A stretch of 64,000 nt of DNA from assembly GCA_021324455.1 (NCBI GenBank), contig JAJPJA010000159.1, forward strand, positions 39,239 to 103,238, written 5' to 3'. The stretch is from Pseudomonadota bacterium (GTDB lineage Bacteria > Desulfobacterota > Binatia > Binatales > Binataceae). Of the stretch, positions 58,322-64,000 are shown piece after piece (the stretch's first letter is position 1; each line of letters opens with the position of its first letter). The translations under genes and the position numbers were made by a program. The notes under the pieces were generated by a model. That model searched no databases, had not been told where the DNA came from, and worked only from the letters and a program-made list of their open reading frames with translations.

Positions 58322-58728
58322 TGGACGCGCCCGGCAAACTGATCCCGGTCCCGACCCAGGAGACCGCGCCGTTCTGGGAGGGCTGCAAGGCGGGTGAACT
58401 GCGGCTGCAGCGCTGCGCCGATTGCGGCCGTTATCAATTCCCGCCGCAGTCATTTTGCCGCTCTTGTGCGGGCGGCCGTCTTGCCTGGAGCGCAACCTCA
58501 GGCTGCGGCAAAGTGCTGTCCTACACCATCGTGTACTGGTCGCCCAATCCCGCTTACGCCGCCGATGCGCCCTATTCGCTGGCCCTGATCCAGCTCAACG
58601 AAGGCCCGCGGATGCTGACCAACGTCACCGGCTGCCCGCCGCGGCAGCTTCAGATTGGCATGGAAGTCAAAGTAGTATTCGAGCAGTGCGGTCCCGCAAT
58701 CATGCTGCCGAAATTCCAGCCCCTATGA
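58321..58728 (+). CDS. DUF35 OB-fold / zinc-ribbon protein (SCP-x thiolase partner)
   Basis: CxxC ... CxxC rubredoxin-like ribbon (CADCGRYQFPPQSFCRSC) followed by an OB fold. Start overlaps the thiolase stop (TGATG). Confidence 0.75.
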   Translation: MDAPGKLIPVPTQETAPFWEGCKAGELRLQRCADCGRYQFPPQSFCRSCAGGRLAWSATSGCGKVLSYTIVYWSPNPAYAADAPYSLALIQLNEGPRMLTNVTGCPPRQLQIGMEVKVVFEQCGPAIMLPKFQPL

Positions 58729-58785
58729 ACGCAGGCCTGCGCGAGCTGTGGTTGGGGATGGAAAGGGAATGAGGAGCAGGATGCG

Positions 58786-60957
58786 TCACTCGTAGCGCAG
58801 GGCTTCGATCGGGTCGAGCATCGACGCCTTGCTGGCCGGATAGTAGCCGAAGAAGATCCCGATCAGGGCCGAGAAGACAAACCCTCCCGCCACCGCCAGC
58901 GGCGACACCAGCACCGGCCATCCCGCCAGCGCCGATATCATCTTCGAGGCCGCCACGCCCAGCGCGATTCCCGCCAACCCGCCCAGCGCGCTCAACAGGG
59001 TAGCCTCGACCAGGAACTGCATCAGGATCTGCGCGCGCCGTGCGCCAATCGCCTTGCGGATGCCGATCTCGCGGGTGCGCTCCGTGACCGAAACCAGCAG
59101 GATGTTCATGATTCCGATGCCGCCCACCAGCAGCGAAATCGACGCCACCGTGCCCAACAGCAGCGTCAACACGCGGCTGGCGCTCTCGGAGGCCTGCGCG
59201 ATATCGCTCAGGCTGCGCACGGTGAAGTCGTCGTCCTGGCCGGCGGCGATGTGATGTCTGCGATGCAGCGTGTCGCGCGCCGCTGCCTGCGCCGCGTCAA
59301 TCGCGCCCGCGTCGGCCGCCTGGATGAAAATCATGTTGACCACGCCCGAAATCTTGGGCGCGCTGCCGAACGGACTGACCAACGCCGAGGCCGATTGATA
59401 CACCGGGCTCGACGCGGTAGTGCTGGGCAGGCCAAGGTACGGGTTGAGCACCGGGTTGGTGGATCCGGTGGAACTGGCCGGCACGGTCGCGCTTACCTGC
59501 GAGGTGCCCAGCACTTTGCGCTCGGCGGTGTTGAACGGCATCAGCACCACGTCGTCCTGATCCTGCCCGAAGTTGGACTGGCCCTTGGAACTCAGCAAGC
59601 CGACAACGCGAATCGGCACGCCTTTGACCCGGATGACGGCGCCGACCGGATTTTCCCCCTCGCCGAACAGGTTGTTGACCACCGTCTGCCCGAGCAGGCA
59701 TACGGCGGCGCCGGCGCGCGACTCATCGTCAGTGAAGTTGCGTCCCGCCGCCAGCGGCCATTGCCGCACGGTGAGGTAGGACGGCGTCACCCCGTTGATA
59801 CTGGTGCTCCAGTTGCGGTCGCCGTTGACTACCTGCGCCACCTGCCGATTCATGTAGCTGACCGCGGAGACGGCGGGCGACTCCTTCATGATCGCGTCGG
59901 CGTCGGCCGTGGTCAGGGTGGAGATACTGCCGAAACCGGCGCGTACGCCGTTGGACGTGGTCGCACCCGGCAGCACCACGACCAGGTTGCTGCCCAAACT
60001 CTGGATCTGATCGCGCACCGAGGCGCTGGCGCCCTGCCCCACCGCGACCGTCGCGATCACCGCGGCCACGCCGATGAACACGCCCAGCATGGTCAGCGCC
60101 GACCGCATCTTGTTGCGCCGCAGCGCGCGCCACGCCGCCACCAGCGCCATCTGCGCAAACGCCCCCGACCCCGAAGACGACGCCCGCGGCGAAGCCGGCA
60201 CGGCGCCAACCTGAGCAATTGGCGCTGTGGGAGGCCTGGTTCTGCGGTCCGACACCACGATCCCGTCGCGCAGCGTAATCACGCGGTTGGCGTAGGCCGC
60301 GACGTCGGCTTCGTGAGTGACGATGATTATGGTCAGCCCCTGCTCCTGGTTGAGCCGGCGGATTATCGCCATGATCTCGTTGGAGTTCTGCGTATCCAGG
60401 TTGCCGGTCGGTTCGTCCGCCAGCACGATCGCGGGATTGTTGACCAGCGCCCGCGCGATCGCCACCCGCTGCTGCTGTCCCCCGGAAAGCTGATTGGGAT
60501 GATTGGCTTCGCGTCCGGCCAGCCCGACCATTCGCAACAGTTCCCCGGCCCGCGCCGGCCCGTCCTGCGCCGCGCCGCAGTAGAACAGCGGCAGCTCCAC
60601 GTTTTCGGCGGCGCTGGCGCGCACGAGCAGATTGAAGTTCTGGAACACAAAGCCGATACGGCGGCCGCGGATATCGGCCAGCGCTTCGTCATCGAGCATC
60701 GCCGCGTCCACGCCTTCGAGCAGATACTGGCCGCGGGTGGGCCGGTCCAGGCATCCGAGGATGTTCATCAGGGTCGACTTGCCCGATCCCGAAGCACCCA
60801 TGATGGCGACGAAATCGCCGCGCTCGATACTCAGGTTGACGGCGCGCAGCGCGTTTATTTCGACCTCGCCGACCAAATAGGTCTTGTCGAGGTTCCTGAT
60901 TTCGATCAGTGCCGCCGCAGTTTCCTGCTTGGCCGCGGTCCGGGTCTGGCCTGGCAT
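58786..60957 (-). CDS. macB: MacB-type ABC transporter, fused ATPase plus FtsX permease
   Basis: Walker A GASGSGKST, signature LSGGQQQRVAIARAL and Walker B ILADEPTGNLD; a large periplasmic domain lies between TM1 and TM2, and the C-terminus has 4 TM helices. Confidence 0.85.
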   Translation of the reverse strand: MPGQTRTAAKQETAAALIEIRNLDKTYLVGEVEINALRAVNLSIERGDFVAIMGASGSGKSTLMNILGCLDRPTRGQYLLEGVDAAMLDDEALADIRGRRIGFVFQNFNLLVRASAAENVELPLFYCGAAQDGPARAGELLRMVGLAGREANHPNQLSGGQQQRVAIARALVNNPAIVLADEPTGNLDTQNSNEIMAIIRRLNQEQGLTIIIVTHEADVAAYANRVITLRDGIVVSDRRTRPPTAPIAQVGAVPASPRASSSGSGAFAQMALVAAWRALRRNKMRSALTMLGVFIGVAAVIATVAVGQGASASVRDQIQSLGSNLVVVLPGATTSNGVRAGFGSISTLTTADADAIMKESPAVSAVSYMNRQVAQVVNGDRNWSTSINGVTPSYLTVRQWPLAAGRNFTDDESRAGAAVCLLGQTVVNNLFGEGENPVGAVIRVKGVPIRVVGLLSSKGQSNFGQDQDDVVLMPFNTAERKVLGTSQVSATVPASSTGSTNPVLNPYLGLPSTTASSPVYQSASALVSPFGSAPKISGVVNMIFIQAADAGAIDAAQAAARDTLHRRHHIAAGQDDDFTVRSLSDIAQASESASRVLTLLLGTVASISLLVGGIGIMNILLVSVTERTREIGIRKAIGARRAQILMQFLVEATLLSALGGLAGIALGVAASKMISALAGWPVLVSPLAVAGGFVFSALIGIFFGYYPASKASMLDPIEALRYE

Positions 60958-60993
60958 AATCAGCCTTTACGCGCCGGTTTCGATTGTACCCCT

Positions 60994-62229
60994 TCAGCCA
61001 ACAAACCGCCCGATCGGATTGATCCGCCGCACCCGCGCCGGCATGGCGGCGCCGGTGGCCACAACGTCTCCTTCATGCAGATCGCCGCTTACGATCTCCA
61101 CGTTCTGGCCGTCGCTGATGCCGGTGGTTACCGCCACCTGACGCGTGGTACCGCCGTTGACGACCCGCACCGAGGGCCGACGCTGCCCGGCAGTATCCGG
61201 CTCGAACCTGAGCGCCGCTACCGGCACGCGCAGCACGCCGTCGTGCCGCGCGGTTTCCAGGTTGACGTTGGCGGTCATTCCCGGCTTCAACAGCAACCCA
61301 GGATTGGCCACGCCTATCACGACGTCGTATGTGACGACGTTCTGCACCGTTATGGGAGCCTGCCGTACCTGGCTGACCGTGCCGGAAAACTCGCGGTCGG
61401 GGAACGCATCAACGCTGAAGCTCGCCGCCTGGCCCGGCTGGATCCCGCCGATATCGGACTCGCTGACGTTGGCGTCGACCTGCATCCGGGTAAGGTCCCT
61501 GGCGATTAGAAACAAGGTCGGCGTCTGAAAACTGGCCGCCACGGTCTGCCCCACGTCCACGTTGCGCGATACCACCACGCCGTCAACCGGAGAGACGATA
61601 TTGGTATAGTCGAGGTTTACCTCGGCCTCCTTAAGCGCGCTCTGCTGCTGCGCGATATTGGCCTGGTCCAGCGCGACCTGCGCCGCCGCCTGCCGATAGG
61701 CGCTGCGCGCGCTGTCCGCGGCGTCGGCCGAAACCACCTGCGCCTGGTAGAGTTGGTCCTGGCGCTGCGCGCTGATCCTCTTGTATTCGGCGTCGGCCTG
61801 GTCCTTGCGCATCTGCGCCTGGGCGTTGGCCAATGCAGCTTTGGCTTCATCGACCTTCATCTGGAAGGGCCGCGGATCGATTTTCGCAATGAGCTGACCC
61901 TGCTTCACCTGCGCATTGAAGTCGGCGTAGATGGCCTGGATCGGACCCGAAACGTAGCTCCCGACCTGAACCGTGGCGACCGGATTGACGGTGCCGGTGG
62001 CGTTGACCGACATCGCTATGGTACCGCGCGTCACCGGGGCGGTCGTATAGAGCGGGGGCGCGGAATGTCTCGCGCTCAGATAAATCGCCCCTGCGATTGC
62101 CAACCCGGCGGCCAACACCATCCATCGCGGCAGTCCAGCGCCGGCCGCGACCAGACGCCTGCCAGCGGCGGCCACGCCGTCCCTGCTGCCGCCCGCGAGC
62201 GGCCGAAGAATGGTCAGGCTGCTATCCAT
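60994..62229 (-). CDS. macA: periplasmic adaptor (membrane-fusion protein, HlyD/MacA family)
   Basis: N-terminal TM, coiled-coil alpha-hairpin, lipoyl and beta-barrel domains. GGAGGAG RBS before the ATG at 62229; the Cys-rich 5' ORF-track extension is rejected. Confidence 0.8.
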   Translation of the reverse strand: MDSSLTILRPLAGGSRDGVAAAGRRLVAAGAGLPRWMVLAAGLAIAGAIYLSARHSAPPLYTTAPVTRGTIAMSVNATGTVNPVATVQVGSYVSGPIQAIYADFNAQVKQGQLIAKIDPRPFQMKVDEAKAALANAQAQMRKDQADAEYKRISAQRQDQLYQAQVVSADAADSARSAYRQAAAQVALDQANIAQQQSALKEAEVNLDYTNIVSPVDGVVVSRNVDVGQTVAASFQTPTLFLIARDLTRMQVDANVSESDIGGIQPGQAASFSVDAFPDREFSGTVSQVRQAPITVQNVVTYDVVIGVANPGLLLKPGMTANVNLETARHDGVLRVPVAALRFEPDTAGQRRPSVRVVNGGTTRQVAVTTGISDGQNVEIVSGDLHEGDVVATGAAMPARVRRINPIGRFVG

Positions 62230-62863
62230 GATTGCTGCTCTCCTCCGCGCGGCGCATCTCGCGCAGCGCGTCCAGGCTGAATTCAGTGATATGTTCCGCG
62301 ATGCGCCCGGGGTCCATCCGCTCTTTGGGATAAAGGGCGGCCAGAACCGGCCGGGCGTTGCGATAGAACATGCATTGACCAACGATACTGAACACGCACA
62401 TCCGGATGCGGCCGCGCGGCACCGCGGGCCCGGCGATTTCACGCACCAGATTTTCCAGGTACTCGTGGCGTGGCCGCACTTCCTCTTCATACAGACGGTC
62501 GAGCATTCCGCTCGGTTGTGCGATCTCACGCGCGATCAAAATACCGTGCCAGGCAGGACGTCCCTCGCCCAAAATCCGCCCGACGAAAGCCCTGATATAG
62601 GCCCGCAGACGATCTTCGGCCACAAGACCGGCGGCGATCCCGGATTCCTGCTGCGCCGCGCGCTGATGCGCGTAGCGGAAGACTTCGGCGTAAAGGCTCT
62701 GTTTGTCGCGGAAATGGTAATTGACCGCGGCAATGTTGGCCCCGGCGCGCCGGCAGATCTCCTGGATGGTGCCGTCGCGGTAGCCGCGTTCGGCAAACAC
62801 TTCACCCGCGGCTTCGAGCAGCCGCTGGCGGGTAGCGGGGGATCTTTTGCCGGTATTTTGCAT
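62222..62863 (-). CDS. TetR/AcrR-family transcriptional regulator
   Basis: N-terminal HTH (RQRLLEAAGEVFAERGYRDGTIQEICRRAGANIAAVNYHFRDKQSLY). Stop lies 2 nt before the macA start. Confidence 0.85.
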   Translation of the reverse strand: MQNTGKRSPATRQRLLEAAGEVFAERGYRDGTIQEICRRAGANIAAVNYHFRDKQSLYAEVFRYAHQRAAQQESGIAAGLVAEDRLRAYIRAFVGRILGEGRPAWHGILIAREIAQPSGMLDRLYEEEVRPRHEYLENLVREIAGPAVPRGRIRMCVFSIVGQCMFYRNARPVLAALYPKERMDPGRIAEHITEFSLDALREMRRAEESSNHG

Positions 62864-63234
62864 CGCCCTCGGGCGCTCTCTTCAAATGACCAATTCAAAT
62901 ATAGACTTGAAATCCCCGTTGGTCAAGCGCCCTGTTCGGCGGCGCCGGTTGGGTAAACCCATGCGCCGACGGCGCCGCGATGGAACGACTGCTGGCAGGC
63001 GAGCTTATCAAGCTGCAAGGTGTTCGAAGATGAATCAGATTGATACAGATTGTATTAGCTAACCAGTTTTGATAGTCCGCCGCGAGTTCTCTTGTATATT
63101 TTGGCGACAATATATCAGCGGCATAGTGTATCGATTAGAACCAACCTAGCTTTCTAATAGAAATTGAGTGACTTGAGGTCTGCGTGCTCTTCTTTTCTGG
63201 TACAGAGGGCATCGATGAGTTATTATCCGGGAAA
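62864..63234. promoter_or_regulatory. AT-rich intergenic region: probable tetR-macAB promoter/operator and promoter of the divergent NHL-repeat gene
   Basis: Local GC drop. Candidate operator palindrome TTCAA-N8-TTGAA at about 62897-62914; flanking inverted repeat tgaccaa ... ttggtca. Confidence 0.35.
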
Positions 63235-64000
63235 ATGTCGCTGGCTCTTCGTTCACGATGGCATCACGCCAGATTTCTGGTCTTTTTGACGGTTTTGATT
63301 CTCTATGCCGCGCCTCTCGCGGCCGCGCCGGTCATTGCCAACCGGGTGCTGGGGCAAATCGACTTCGTCCATAACGGCCCCAATATCGTGTCCAACGCCG
63401 GACTGTGGACGCCGCACGCGGTCGCCGTCGATCGCAGCGTCACCCCCAATCGCGTCTATGTGGCCGACTCCGGCAATCATCGCGTACTGGGATGGCGCAG
63501 TATTGCGGCCTTGACCAACGGCAGTCCGGCCGACCTGGTGATCGGTCAGACGGATTTTCTGTCGTGGAGTGCGGAATGCAACAACGCGGCGGTAACCGGC
63601 GCCACCCTGTGCTTTCCCTCTGACGTTGCGGTCGACCCCTTGGGCAATCTTTACGTCGTCGACCAGGGCAACAACCGGGTGCTCGAATACGACGATCCGT
63701 TCAATACCGACACGCTGCCCGACATGGTTTTCGGCCAGGGCGGCAGTTTCACCTCCAGCGCGTGCAATCTGGGCGGCAACATCAGCGCCGCGACCTTATG
63801 CAATCCAACCGGTGTCGGGGTTGATTCGGCGGGCAATGTTTACGTGGCCGACACCTCGAACTCGCGTGTGCTCGAGTACGATTTGCCGCTGGCGACCGAT
63901 GTAATCGCGGATCGGGTATTCGGACAGGCCAACGGGTTCGACAGCGGGAGCTGCAATCTGGGCGGTGCGGCCAGTGCCGGGACCTTGTGTATTCCGGCCG
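63235..64000 (+). CDS. secreted NHL-repeat beta-propeller protein (5' partial, continues beyond the window)
   Basis: My own translation of frame +1: signal peptide MSLALRSRWHHARFLVFLTVLILYAAPLAAAP, then at least 5 NHL-type blades (VYVADSGNHRVLGW, LYVVDQGNNRVLEY, VYVADTSNSRVLEY), each followed by a conserved GxxxxxCN motif. No stop before 64000. Confidence 0.65.
   Translation, partial: MSLALRSRWHHARFLVFLTVLILYAAPLAAAPVIANRVLGQIDFVHNGPNIVSNAGLWTPHAVAVDRSVTPNRVYVADSGNHRVLGWRSIAALTNGSPADLVIGQTDFLSWSAECNNAAVTGATLCFPSDVAVDPLGNLYVVDQGNNRVLEYDDPFNTDTLPDMVFGQGGSFTSSACNLGGNISAATLCNPTGVGVDSAGNVYVADTSNSRVLEYDLPLATDVIADRVFGQANGFDSGSCNLGGAASAGTLCIPA

Noticed and set aside
59251-61509. 752-aa plus-strand ORF
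   Set aside because: Antisense to macB/macA; Arg/His/Gly-rich with no domain signatures.
60994-62529. 511-aa ORF-track call for the adaptor gene, with a Cys-rich N-terminus
   Set aside because: The 5' 100 codons overlap the tetR coding sequence in another frame. An RBS plus ATG at 62229 gives a normal membrane-fusion-protein N-terminus.

Overview
This is a high-GC (roughly 65-70% by eye), gene-dense chromosomal window with about 58 supportable CDS, 2 tRNA genes and several strong hairpins. I found no CRISPR array, IS element, rRNA gene or prophage block. It contains a core housekeeping block in conserved order (ispE, tRNA-Gln, prs, rplY, dnaE, hflX, pgsA) and further housekeeping genes (coaBC, a family-4 uracil-DNA glycosylase, an SPFH/NfeD pair, msrA and an MsrPQ-like pair). 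Around these sit many catabolic and accessory genes: four luciferase-like (LLM) flavin oxidoreductases, a PPOX-class flavoprotein, two amidohydrolase-2 proteins, two D-aminoacylase paralogs, four SDRs, three thiolases of which two are SCP-x type, four family-III CoA-transferase domains, a 3-keto-5-aminohexanoate-cleavage (BKACE) enzyme, a nitroreductase and an enoyl-CoA hydratase. Five items merit follow-up. (1) An orphan secreted protein at 45575..47488 combines about 24 tandem 17-residue beta-repeats with a C-terminal phage tail-fibre intramolecular-chaperone (Peptidase_S74-like) domain; it is preceded by an AT-rich island and followed by a decayed Kelch-repeat gene, with no other phage genes nearby. 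(2) A MurD paralog is translationally coupled (ATGA overlap) to a PP-loop ATP pyrophosphatase carrying a Cys cluster, a candidate MurD2/MurL-type or novel peptide-ligase/adenylating pair. (3) A single-chain fusion of two family-III CoA-transferase domains. (4) A five-gene operon, nitroreductase / amidohydrolase-2 / CoA-transferase / SCP-x thiolase / DUF35, whose last four genes are linked by stop-start overlaps. (5) A small secreted 8-Cys protein embedded among the LLM oxidoreductases. Coordinates taken from the ORF track are exact; positions I read directly from the DNA (tRNAs, hairpins, alternative starts) may be off by 1-2 nt.
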